A stretch of DNA of 64,000 nt from a virus (lineage: Duplodnaviria > Caudoviricetes): the IMG/VR virus record IMGVR_UViG_3300028374_000002, positions 137,265-201,264 of that record; one strand, 5' to 3'. The notes under the pieces were generated by a model. The model had not been told where the DNA came from. It ran no database searches and saw only the letters and a program-made list of their open reading frames with translations. Position numbers and translations under genes: made by a program. Numbering within the stretch: the stretch's first letter is position 1; each line of letters opens with the position of its first letter. Positions 20,137 through 29,379 of the stretch are shown one piece after another.

Positions 20137-21868
20137 ATTTTTTCTCAAATTTTATTTTACCACAGTCCCATATCTTCTTATAGTTATTATCTTTCATAAA
20201 TTTACTTTCTGTTAGATTTGTATTTAAATTAGATTTTTTATAATTTGACTTATGTATTCTCTTACAACCAACGATATATTTATAGTCTGGTTTTGTTTCT
20301 TTAATTTTCACAAATCCTAAGTTTTTATATAGACCACCATCAGACCAGTCGCTATCAGCATAACTTATTAATCTTTTGGGACTGTGATTTTTAACGAAAT
20401 AACTCAATAATTTACTAGCACCTCCAATTACAGAAGTATTCTTTTTATTACAGAATCTGTTAAGATTCCACTCATCACTCATCATTCTTTTTCTACCTTC
20501 TAAATGATCAAAGGTCATTATACTAACCAATTCTTCATTGTGGTACAGTCCCAATTTTAGTGAGGATTTTGCTCTTCCCTGTATATGATTTTTGTCTAAG
20601 AAATTAGTTACAATCTTCGTATTTTTTATTTCTTTTATAACACATTTTCTAGCACCTATTTTATTACTTATACTCAACCAGTTACATATTTGTGATTTTA
20701 GTATTTCTATATTATTTACCCAATCATCTTCCCATATATGTATTATTCTGATTCCTTTATCAAGAAAATATTTACTCTTATCATAGTGATAGTTTTTTTC
20801 TTTATATTCTTCTGAATGCCAGTATAATCCATTAAATTCAAAACCTATATTAAGTTCTGGTAAGTAAACATCTATTTCTAAACCATCTCTATAAGATTTT
20901 ATTATAGAACCATTATATTTAGAAGTTATATATTCTAGTAGTTCTTTCTCTTTTATTGATTGTGAACTGCTTATGGGATAACATGTAGTACAAAGTGGTA
21001 GGTTAGACCTTGACCTTTTTAAATAATTATCTATATGTATTTTATAATCATGTTCTTTGTAACACCTCATCAAAGAGATACCATTATCAATATACTTAAT
21101 GTAATTATCATCACTAGATATTGAGAACTTTCCTGGTCTGAATATATCAGATTTCATAATATTATCAGAATCCCATTTATTAGACATAGTCTTTTTATTT
21201 TTTATCTTAAAATCATCAGATAGTAAATAGTTAGATTGACCATACCTATCCTTATTAGTCTTATTAACACTTTGTCTAACACTTTCTAACATTGAAGGAT
21301 TTTCAACACCATATTTTCTTATGTTTGTAGTCCTTGATTTATCTCTTACTTTTTTTGACATCATTGGATACTCGACACCATGATTTTTAAGACAAGTTTC
21401 TTTAAATTTATTTTTAAAATGCTTTGATTTAGATATATGGTCTACTCCATACTTATCAATTAATGTTTGGGATGACTTTTTTCTTATTTTTTTTGATTGT
21501 TGTAAGTATTCAACACCATATTTTTCTATATTGGTCTTTTTAACGCTTTCTTGTATTTCTTTTAGCATCATAGGATGGTCTACACCGTATTTTTTTATAC
21601 TAGTTTCTTTAGCCTTTAGAGATCCACACTTCATACAACAGGCATACTTACTACCATTTGATATATTTCTAAAATACTCTTTTATCTGTATATTGACTTC
21701 CTTGTTACAAAAATCACAAGATACATCCACATCGAGTCTTGATCCCTTGGATATATGTTCTATTTTTATTTCTATTTCATCTTTATGAACTTCATACCCA
21801 AGTGATTTATAATATTTTATCTTTCTACACCCTTTGGTCTTTATTGTTATGGTCTTTTTTATTATCAT
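20132..21868 (-). CDS. Putative homing endonuclease, KYGV family
   Basis: KYGV repeats, CTTCYP, EIDVYLPELNIGFEFNGLYWHS, GNAT-like tail. Confidence 0.75.
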   Translation of the reverse strand: MIIKKTITIKTKGCRKIKYYKSLGYEVHKDEIEIKIEHISKGSRLDVDVSCDFCNKEVNIQIKEYFRNISNGSKYACCMKCGSLKAKETSIKKYGVDHPMMLKEIQESVKKTNIEKYGVEYLQQSKKIRKKSSQTLIDKYGVDHISKSKHFKNKFKETCLKNHGVEYPMMSKKVRDKSRTTNIRKYGVENPSMLESVRQSVNKTNKDRYGQSNYLLSDDFKIKNKKTMSNKWDSDNIMKSDIFRPGKFSISSDDNYIKYIDNGISLMRCYKEHDYKIHIDNYLKRSRSNLPLCTTCYPISSSQSIKEKELLEYITSKYNGSIIKSYRDGLEIDVYLPELNIGFEFNGLYWHSEEYKEKNYHYDKSKYFLDKGIRIIHIWEDDWVNNIEILKSQICNWLSISNKIGARKCVIKEIKNTKIVTNFLDKNHIQGRAKSSLKLGLYHNEELVSIMTFDHLEGRKRMMSDEWNLNRFCNKKNTSVIGGASKLLSYFVKNHSPKRLISYADSDWSDGGLYKNLGFVKIKETKPDYKYIVGCKRIHKSNYKKSNLNTNLTESKFMKDNNYKKIWDCGKIKFEKKY

Positions 21869-21911
21869 AGCTTAATTCTTATATGCAATTTGTCTTTGGA
21901 AGTTTCAAACA

Positions 21912-21944
21912 AAAAAAGCTCTTGAATAACAAGAGCTTTTTAAT
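21912..21944. terminator. Terminator, copy 2 of the 33-bp direct repeat
   Basis: Identical to 20104-20136. Confidence 0.8.
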
Positions 21945-21963
21945 TTAAAAACTTTTAATGTAT

Positions 21964-23250
21964 TTATTTACTTAACTTCACTTTTTCATTATATTGAAGT
22001 TCTTTTACCCCACCTAATTCGGACTTAAGATTTTTATGTCTTTTCTCTAGATTTACCAATGCAGTAGAAAGTGTAGTAGACTCCCCAATCATTTGTATAG
22101 AACCCTTTACTTTTTCAATGTTAAAATTGACATCCTCTAGTTTTAAAGTGATTTCTCTTTCCTTATCTTCTAGTTTTCTCTTAACCATTGTTTCTTTACC
22201 CAACTTATTCTCATAAAAATAAGTTAAATCGTAGTTAAGTTCGTTTCGGACTTCATTTACTAATTCGATTGCAGATTCAAATTGAAAGAAGCTATTTCCA
22301 TATCTCTCATCACATCTATATAAGAAGGTTGCGTTCTTATAGTTAAAGGCATAACATTCTAAATAAGGATTTATTAAGTTATCAATTTTTTTAACAACGT
22401 CTAGTTCTACAAATTTATCCATATTTTTAGCAACTTCTTGAATAACTGGATAGAAGTTCTTGTTTATAATTGGTATAATAGGTGAATTAAATAATGATTC
22501 TAATGTACTTTCATCTTCAAGTTCATCATCATTAATATAAATAGATTTATTATCTACACCAAGACCTATAGTTAAATGTTCAGAAATTCTAAAATTTATT
22601 TTATCATTATCTATTTGAGCATATGTCATAGCAGATTCAATCAATCTTAATTTTCTAAGTTCTGATTCTTCTTTTATATGATCTTCTAATAGTGTTTTCT
22701 CAATTGCATCTTCTGTTAATAGAAACCATGAATCTTTGACAAGTGCTATATGACCATTCTCTACTTGTTCTACTATTGTGTGAACTGACTCTCCCTGACC
22801 ACCACTAAGTAAATTTGATTTTTTCTCAGGTGAAGAAGTTAAGTTATGTACAAATAGTTTTATCTCTGGCACCCACTCATATATCGATAACTCATTAAGA
22901 ACTTTTGACATTCTGTCTTGGTCTGATTGAAGGTTAATTGTTTCTAGAAGAACGTTTATAGGCTGTCTATATAATTCTCCTTGGTTTTTGGAATTAAGAA
23001 CATTATACAAGTTTTTAAGTTCGTATAAAAGTTGATACTCATCCATATCGGTGTTTAACCCTTCTAGCAGAGATTTTACTTGTTTGTCGTATGTATAAGG
23101 TTTCAACCTTTCATTCAAAGAAGTAATAATATTTTTCTCTGATTCATCGTTACAAACATTCATATGTCCCTCTACTATATTAGAGATTTCTTCTTGATCA
23201 AGCGAAAGTTCTCTTTTGAAGTTAAACAACTCTAGTTTAAGATTCTTCAT
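21964..23250 (-). CDS. Hypothetical protein, probably virion-associated, C-terminal coiled coil
   Basis: 428-aa ORF after a TTAATATATA motif (23281-23290); no recognised family. Confidence 0.6.
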   Translation of the reverse strand: MKNLKLELFNFKRELSLDQEEISNIVEGHMNVCNDESEKNIITSLNERLKPYTYDKQVKSLLEGLNTDMDEYQLLYELKNLYNVLNSKNQGELYRQPINVLLETINLQSDQDRMSKVLNELSIYEWVPEIKLFVHNLTSSPEKKSNLLSGGQGESVHTIVEQVENGHIALVKDSWFLLTEDAIEKTLLEDHIKEESELRKLRLIESAMTYAQIDNDKINFRISEHLTIGLGVDNKSIYINDDELEDESTLESLFNSPIIPIINKNFYPVIQEVAKNMDKFVELDVVKKIDNLINPYLECYAFNYKNATFLYRCDERYGNSFFQFESAIELVNEVRNELNYDLTYFYENKLGKETMVKRKLEDKEREITLKLEDVNFNIEKVKGSIQMIGESTTLSTALVNLEKRHKNLKSELGGVKELQYNEKVKLSK

Positions 23251-23314
23251 GTGTTATTATTTTATTTTTTTTCTATATTGTATATATTAATAGCAAAAAG
23301 CCATTTTTTTCTAT

Positions 23315-24247
23315 TTATTTATTATTTTGTCTATCACTTGGGGATTCTCCGTTAGGATTGCTATCTTGTGGAGCATTCCTTTCTCTTGCTTTTAGTATAT
23401 TGTTGTACCACTTACTTTTCTTAGGACTAATGGAGTATCCATCTTCTGAATTAACATAAGGCCAACTACTCTTGTCTGTAAAGCTACCCTTACCCCCTGG
23501 ATTACCTACAAAATCTTGATCAGGGCTAAAGTAATCACTATATCCACCAGTTGTTTGATAACCGTTTTGGTCAGTCATACCATCTCCCTCTTTAGTATAA
23601 CCAGGTGTGTCTATTTTGTCTTTTCTAAACGCTGGGTAGTATGTTTGTACCTCAAATGATATTGACATTTTTATTTCATTACTTGAAGATAAGTCCTTTT
23701 CACGAGTTATTTCTATATTAGATTCATCTGGTGTTAAAAGAACTGCATCTATGTTCATATAGTTATGCTCAAAATACATAAATCTATATAACCAAAGTGT
23801 ATCCAATAGTGCTTGACTACACTTAAATGTGTCTATTTCATTAGCTAACGTTATTTCTAGGTCATATAATACACTTACAGGTACTGCTCTTACTCTATTA
23901 AGTGTTTTTCTAACCTCTATTTTATTCTCAACTACTGTTCTTAACCAAACATTTGGATTTGCAAATTCATCAGATCTTACATTAAATGATTTAAGGGATA
24001 TATGTCCTCTTGGTATAATATCCGTGTTTAGTTCAACTTTTCTACTACCAGATGCTATATCATCTTGGAAACTGTCTAATAAAAACCGCTCATCACCTGT
24101 CATAGAGTAATACATTGGTACCTCAACTGCATAATCACCAGATGAGAATCTATTTACCCATCTTAGGCTACCCTCAAGTGTATCTAATACACAAACTGTT
24201 AAGTCTCTAAAGAATGTGTCATCCATGTTTTTTCTATTTCCTATCAT
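23315..24247 (-). CDS. gp15: Tail sheath stabiliser / tail terminator (gp15-like)
   Basis: FFRDLTV, VEVPMYY, IPRGHISL, RAVPVSVLYDLEI, EVQTYYP pattern. Confidence 0.68.
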   Translation of the reverse strand: MIGNRKNMDDTFFRDLTVCVLDTLEGSLRWVNRFSSGDYAVEVPMYYSMTGDERFLLDSFQDDIASGSRKVELNTDIIPRGHISLKSFNVRSDEFANPNVWLRTVVENKIEVRKTLNRVRAVPVSVLYDLEITLANEIDTFKCSQALLDTLWLYRFMYFEHNYMNIDAVLLTPDESNIEITREKDLSSSNEIKMSISFEVQTYYPAFRKDKIDTPGYTKEGDGMTDQNGYQTTGGYSDYFSPDQDFVGNPGGKGSFTDKSSWPYVNSEDGYSISPKKSKWYNNILKARERNAPQDSNPNGESPSDRQNNK

Positions 24248-24319
24248 ATTTTTATATATTAAATTAAACTTTCTCTAATCTAATTAATAAGTAATGTATA
24301 CAATACTAAACAAAAAGAC

Positions 24320-25285
24320 ATGAGTGTGAACAAATTACTCCTATGGGAGAAGTGGAGACCTAAAAAGGTAGAAGATATGATACTTCTTCCTAGAATTAAA
24401 AAACATTTTGAAAATGGGATAGAAGGAAATTATATATTCTATGGACATTACGGAACTGGGAAAACATCATTATCTAGGATACTGGTTGGTAGATACACAA
24501 AAGATAAACCTTATATAGAGATAAATAGTTCCTTATACACATCCATTGATGTACTTAGGAATGAAATAGAGGATTTTTGTAGATTCACACCAATGATAGA
24601 TGCTGGTGATGGAACTAAATATGTTTTTTTAGATGAGTTTGAGAGAGTTTCTATACAATTTCAGGATGCATTTAAAGCATTCATTGAAAAATATAGTAAA
24701 AATGGTGTTAGATTTATAATAACCACGAACCATATCAATAAGATATCGGATGGTATAAAGTCTAGAATCCCACAGATAAATTTTGATTGTGAGAATATAG
24801 AGGAAGAAAAGTTTTTAAAAAAAGAAATTTTCAAAAAAATTCAAAACGAAATATTACCAAGCGAAGGTAATACTATACCCAAAGAGGATCTAATAAAAAT
24901 AGTAACAAAGAAATTCCCAGACTTTAGATCAACAATCGAGGAGGTTCAAAGTTATATAAGAACAGGTGGCACATCTTCTAGTTCATCTAATGTATCAAAC
25001 GTGGTTAAACTAGAACTTTATGAGGTACTGTATAATTCCGAGCTAGATTATGAGCAAATATATCATTTTTTGATGTCTAAATTTGGCTCTGAAAGAATAG
25101 ATGTTATGATTAAGCTTTTAGGTAAGCCACTCATAGATTGGTCAATTGATGGAAACAAAAATATAGATAAATTATTTGAGTGTAATTTTATAATATCTGA
25201 CTATTCTAATTTATTAGAAAACTCGACTGATCCTATAGTTCTTGGTCTAACAGTAATTGGTAAACTTAGAAAAATTTTAATCTAA
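24320..25285 (+). CDS. gp44: Sliding clamp loader subunit (gp44 / RFC small)
   Basis: LWEKWRPKKVEDMIL, GHYGTGKT, VFLDEFE, FIITTNH, IKSR, FPDFRSTI. Confidence 0.88.
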   Translation: MSVNKLLLWEKWRPKKVEDMILLPRIKKHFENGIEGNYIFYGHYGTGKTSLSRILVGRYTKDKPYIEINSSLYTSIDVLRNEIEDFCRFTPMIDAGDGTKYVFLDEFERVSIQFQDAFKAFIEKYSKNGVRFIITTNHINKISDGIKSRIPQINFDCENIEEEKFLKKEIFKKIQNEILPSEGNTIPKEDLIKIVTKKFPDFRSTIEEVQSYIRTGGTSSSSSNVSNVVKLELYEVLYNSELDYEQIYHFLMSKFGSERIDVMIKLLGKPLIDWSIDGNKNIDKLFECNFIISDYSNLLENSTDPIVLGLTVIGKLRKILI

Positions 25286-25873
25286 ATTTTTAAATACATG
25301 TGAAGATGTGTATATAGATACATCATTACCAACTACCATAACACCTACATTTCCTTTATGATGTGGGTGTTCTATTATCTTATTTACAACACCTAATTCT
25401 TCACCATAAGTAGCCTTGTATATAAAATCACCCACTTTAATATCTTGAGCCTTTCTATTTTCGCTTAACCACTTTTTTAATTCGTTCTTTATTTGCCTCT
25501 TAGTTTTCACTCGCTTAATTTCATCACCATTACCCTTTTTGTTATTACATCCATAACACATTGGTTGGTAATTATCAATATGATTAGCACCGCCCTTAGA
25601 CTTAGGGATAATGTGGTCAACGTTTAATGGATAAAGGTTGTCATCATATATGTCAATATGAATGTTCCCTGCCTTATCTAATCCATGACCTATTTGTGTT
25701 CCTACGTGTCCACATTCTACACATTTAACACCTTTGTGATAGAATGTTTGTAGTCTCCTATGATCTTTGTATTTATATAGGTTTTCAAGAGGCTCTGTTT
25801 TAAATATTTTATATTTAAATACTTTAGCTTTTTGTGTTTCTTTTAATTCTTTAAAATTTTCTAATACTTTCAT
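25277..25873 (-). CDS. HNH endonuclease
   Basis: CVEC...LNVDHIIPKSKGGANHIDNYQPMCYGCNNKKG. Confidence 0.85.
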   Translation of the reverse strand: MKVLENFKELKETQKAKVFKYKIFKTEPLENLYKYKDHRRLQTFYHKGVKCVECGHVGTQIGHGLDKAGNIHIDIYDDNLYPLNVDHIIPKSKGGANHIDNYQPMCYGCNNKKGNGDEIKRVKTKRQIKNELKKWLSENRKAQDIKVGDFIYKATYGEELGVVNKIIEHPHHKGNVGVMVVGNDVSIYTSSHVFKNLD

Positions 25874-25921
25874 ATTCTATATATTTTATATGCAAAGATA
25901 AACAAAATTAATATATAAACA

Positions 25922-26299
25922 ATGGCATCACTTAGTTTTACCGATTTTTACATAAAATACCCTGGGCATCCTAGTTTTAACAACATAGAATTGGTTGAAG
26001 ATGATGTCATAAGAGTTATTGTGCAGAAGTACGAGATGATAATATTCACAAATAAGGGTGATTTATTAGGCGATCCTAATTTTGGTGCTGATTTACCAAA
26101 CCTATTGTACGAAACTAAATTATCTGCCGAATTTATAGAGGGGGATATTAAAGCACAAATAGCAGACTATATTCCAGAGGTTGATAACATTGAGTATGAA
26201 CTTAAAGTTGAATTTTTTGAAGATCCTGATAGGTTTCAAGAATATATGGTAATTGGTTTTAAGATAAGAGACATAGAGATATTTGCCAGCGTACTATAA
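25922..26299 (+). CDS. gp25: Baseplate wedge subunit (gp25-like)
   Basis: IFTNKGDLLGDPNFGADLPNLLYE, IADYIPEV. Confidence 0.75.
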   Translation: MASLSFTDFYIKYPGHPSFNNIELVEDDVIRVIVQKYEMIIFTNKGDLLGDPNFGADLPNLLYETKLSAEFIEGDIKAQIADYIPEVDNIEYELKVEFFEDPDRFQEYMVIGFKIRDIEIFASVL

Positions 26300-26914
26300 T
26301 TATTTAATAGGACAATTTTTACCAGAGTATATATATCCTTTGTTTCTAGATATATCAACACCAATCGATTTACTAGAAATATAAACATCTTCTAGACATT
26401 CAGTATCAGAACCACCTACTATAACATATCTTCTATACTTATCATTACTTAGTCTTTTATATAGTTTTTTAGGGATTTGAAACCATTTATGATTATTTCC
26501 AATATATACAATTGCAGTTCCCTTAGTTGTTTTGAATATATCACCTTTATTTAGTTTATCATTACTTTCTTTATTCTTTATGTTATCATAGGTGTTTTTA
26601 TCTAATATCTTTTTATAGTAATCTACACTAACATCATAGTTATACCTTTTTTCTATAATTTCAGTTTGGTTAGGAAAATGATATAAATCCTGCTCAATAT
26701 TTATTTCTGGGTCATGATCAAATAAATATTCGTTCCCCACTTTACCATTTATGTGATTATCCCATATTTGGAACACCTCATCAAATTCATTACAATACTT
26801 TTTTAATTCCTTAACATAATTATCAGTAAAATACTTTTTAAAACTTTTTTGAACATCAACGATTATAAGAATATCATCAGTTCTATTACTTTCAAATGTA
26901 TTTATGTATTTCAT
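26300..26914 (-). CDS. Isochorismatase/cysteine-hydrolase family protein with capsid-targeting-like leader
   Basis: ILIIVDVQKSF, EIIEKRY, VGGSDTECLEDV reproduce the Asp-Lys-Cys triad pattern; leader MKYINTFES. Confidence 0.62.
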   Translation of the reverse strand: MKYINTFESNRTDDILIIVDVQKSFKKYFTDNYVKELKKYCNEFDEVFQIWDNHINGKVGNEYLFDHDPEINIEQDLYHFPNQTEIIEKRYNYDVSVDYYKKILDKNTYDNIKNKESNDKLNKGDIFKTTKGTAIVYIGNNHKWFQIPKKLYKRLSNDKYRRYVIVGGSDTECLEDVYISSKSIGVDISRNKGYIYSGKNCPIK

Positions 26915-26982
26915 AGTATTATATATTAAAAATCCCCATCATTTCTTTGACAGGGATTTAATTTATTTGGTACTTTTAATTA

Positions 26983-27543
26983 TTATATTGGCAAATCTTC
27001 ATCATCATCTTCCTCTACATCTTCAAACCCTTCTTCGTCTTGTGCTTGTTGTGTTTGGTCTTGTTGTGTTTGGTCTTCTTCATCTTGCATTTGTGCTTTG
27101 TCAAATCCTTCTTCAGCTTGAATTTGTGTTTCGTCTTGCGTCTCTTCTTGACCACCTTGCATTTGTGTTTCATCTTGCATCTCTTCTTGGCTACCATCCA
27201 TTTGTGTTTGGATTTGAGGTTGTGTTTGTACTTGATCACCTTCACTATCACCACCTATCAAGGCTCTTGAAGATAGTATGTCATTATCTAAGAACTTTTT
27301 AGCAACATGCTTAACTAACTCTTCTGCAATGTCGAAATCGCCAAAAAGTTTCTTTAAGTCCTCACCTGTTTCATCTTTTACTTTCTTACTATAAGCGTTT
27401 ATAAGACTTTTAGGAACATCAATAGTTGTTCTAACTTTATATGTATCTTCTACTTGAAATACATTTTCATTTATATTTGGTGTTTTGTCTTTACTAACTT
27501 TCTTATCTGTTCTATGTGATTCGAAATTTTGAATGCGTTTCAT
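26983..27543 (-). CDS. Acidic, Gln-rich low-complexity protein with MKRIQNFES leader
   Basis: QDETQ/QEE repeats in the C-terminal half. Confidence 0.65.
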   Translation of the reverse strand: MKRIQNFESHRTDKKVSKDKTPNINENVFQVEDTYKVRTTIDVPKSLINAYSKKVKDETGEDLKKLFGDFDIAEELVKHVAKKFLDNDILSSRALIGGDSEGDQVQTQPQIQTQMDGSQEEMQDETQMQGGQEETQDETQIQAEEGFDKAQMQDEEDQTQQDQTQQAQDEEGFEDVEEDDDEDLPI

Positions 27544-27596
27544 AATTTTTGTTATTTTTATAATTTATATATTAATATCTTAAACTCTCTTTTTTG

Positions 27597-28094
27597 CTAT
27601 AATGATCCACCAATTAAGAATGCACCTATTATAACAATAATGCTACTAACACCACCCCAAAACACTTTTTTCTCTAATTTATCGACTTGTGTTTCATATA
27701 TATCAACTTTAGTATTCAAATTACCAACTTGTGATCTATAAGTTTCTTCTATTAACATATTATTAGCTATTTGTGATTGTAAGTTTAATATTTGTTCGTC
27801 TTTATTGTTTACTAACTCAAATAAATTGGTTATTTGTATCTCTTGCTCACCTATAACTTTCTCTAAATCATTTACAACCCTTATTGTTATTGAATCCAAG
27901 CCTTGTCCTAATATGTCATTCTTTTCCATAAGTTCTAGTATATCTAACTTAGTATCAACATATCTAGCTTGTTCCATTGTTATAACAACATATTGATTAC
28001 CTAAAGAATCTTTTTCATATTTAGGATAATCTTGACCATATAGAGCAAATGTTGATAGGATGGCTATCAAAGTTATTATTATTTTTTTTCTCAT
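27597..28094 (-). CDS. Membrane-anchored coiled-coil protein, possible spanin component
   Basis: Signal peptide (MRKKIIITLIAILSTFALYG), coiled coil, C-terminal hydrophobic helix. Confidence 0.5.
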   Translation of the reverse strand: MRKKIIITLIAILSTFALYGQDYPKYEKDSLGNQYVVITMEQARYVDTKLDILELMEKNDILGQGLDSITIRVVNDLEKVIGEQEIQITNLFELVNNKDEQILNLQSQIANNMLIEETYRSQVGNLNTKVDIYETQVDKLEKKVFWGGVSSIIVIIGAFLIGGSL

Positions 28095-28504
28095 TTATTT
28101 AATTTTATTTTTAAAGATTTAAGCAATCTCTCATCACTTTTATCAGGTGCTTTATTTAGGCTATCTATTTCTTTTTTATTCTTTTCTATTTTAGCTTGCA
28201 GAGATTTTAATAATTTCTTACTAAGATATGCTTCTCTCTTAGCTTGTATTATAGAATCTTGGCTTTGTTCTATCTTTGTAGAAAGTATACTATCCATTTC
28301 TTTTAATAAAACATATTCTCCCTTTATACTATCTAATTCAAATGTCAAGGAATCTCTTTTGGCTATAAGACTCTCATTTTTAGCATTAAGCCTTTCTATA
28401 TCTTCCTTGTATGAATCATCTGTTTCGAAATATTCCTTGTATATAAAAAATACTAATAGAAAGAATAAGACTGTTATTAGTATTGATTTATTATCTAATT
28501 TCAT
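28091..28504 (-). CDS. N-terminal TM plus coiled-coil protein, possible i-spanin
   Basis: TM SILITVLFFLLVFFIY, then long heptad region; 4-nt overlap with the downstream gene. Confidence 0.5.
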   Translation of the reverse strand: MKLDNKSILITVLFFLLVFFIYKEYFETDDSYKEDIERLNAKNESLIAKRDSLTFELDSIKGEYVLLKEMDSILSTKIEQSQDSIIQAKREAYLSKKLLKSLQAKIEKNKKEIDSLNKAPDKSDERLLKSLKIKLNK

Positions 28505-28572
28505 ATATTTTATTTTTTTTCTTATATATTATATTGCATTATCCACATATTATTTATATATTTGTCAAAAAA

Positions 28573-29091
28573 ATGATTAGAGAATTATACTGTTTTGATT
28601 TTGATAAAACACTGTGCTTAACACCAGAGCCAAAAGAAGGTAAAGTTATATGGAAAGAAAAGACTGGTGAGGATTGGGGACACCGAGGTTGGTGGGGTAA
28701 GCCTGACTCTTTAGATACTAGTGTATTTGATATACCAAAGGTTGATTGGATTTATGAAGAATATCTAAGGGCAGTTGCTAGACCAGGTTCTTACGTCATT
28801 ATGGCTACTGGGAGACAGAATAGAGTAATGGGAATGAGATCCCGTGTTGAAGAAATTATTAGAAGCCACAATATGTCCTTTGATGAGGTTCATTTATGTA
28901 GTGGTCACGATACATTTACATTTAAAGTAAAGCTATTTGAAAATCAAATAGAAAATACTAAATGTGAACACTTCACTATGTATGATGATAGGGCTGAGCA
29001 TTTAGAAAAATTCGCTAGGTGGGGAGAAACACAAAAGATAAAGATTACAATAATCGACTCAATTAACAAAACTATAAAAACATTTAATTAA
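28573..29091 (+). CDS. HAD-family protein (Swiss-Army-knife RNA-repair-like HAD domain)
   Basis: LYCFDFDKTL..TP.P, WW..P..L, MATGR, MYDDR; ATG 28573 follows TATATTTG promoter at 28557-28564. Confidence 0.65.
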   Translation: MIRELYCFDFDKTLCLTPEPKEGKVIWKEKTGEDWGHRGWWGKPDSLDTSVFDIPKVDWIYEEYLRAVARPGSYVIMATGRQNRVMGMRSRVEEIIRSHNMSFDEVHLCSGHDTFTFKVKLFENQIENTKCEHFTMYDDRAEHLEKFARWGETQKIKITIIDSINKTIKTFN

Positions 29092-29096
29092 TAGCT

Positions 29097-29375
29097 ATGA
29101 CAAAGATAAAAGAAGAAACTAAGACAGAAGTAGAAGAAATATTATCTAGTCCATATAGACTAGATTTACACAATGACTCCCATAATTCATTTGAACATGT
29201 TATTAAGTGTTTGATAAATATATGTGGACACGAAAAAGAACAAGCAAATCAATGTGCACACATTGTACACTTTAAAGGTATTTGTGATGTTAAGTATGGT
29301 GATTATGAGACTATTTCTAGTATGAAAGAAAAATTGTCAAATAATGGACTGCTTGTTACTATGGAGGAAAACTAG
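29097..29375 (+). CDS. clpS: ATP-dependent Clp protease adaptor ClpS
   Basis: RLDLHNDSHNSFEHVIKCL..IC.H..EQA.QCAHIVHFKG.C.VK.G. Confidence 0.85.
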   Translation: MTKIKEETKTEVEEILSSPYRLDLHNDSHNSFEHVIKCLINICGHEKEQANQCAHIVHFKGICDVKYGDYETISSMKEKLSNNGLLVTMEEN

Positions 29376-29379
29376 CTGA

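Noticed and set aside
26983-27300. Gln/Glu repeats as a distinct repeat element
   Set aside because: Imperfect low-complexity coding sequence within one protein; no independent structure.
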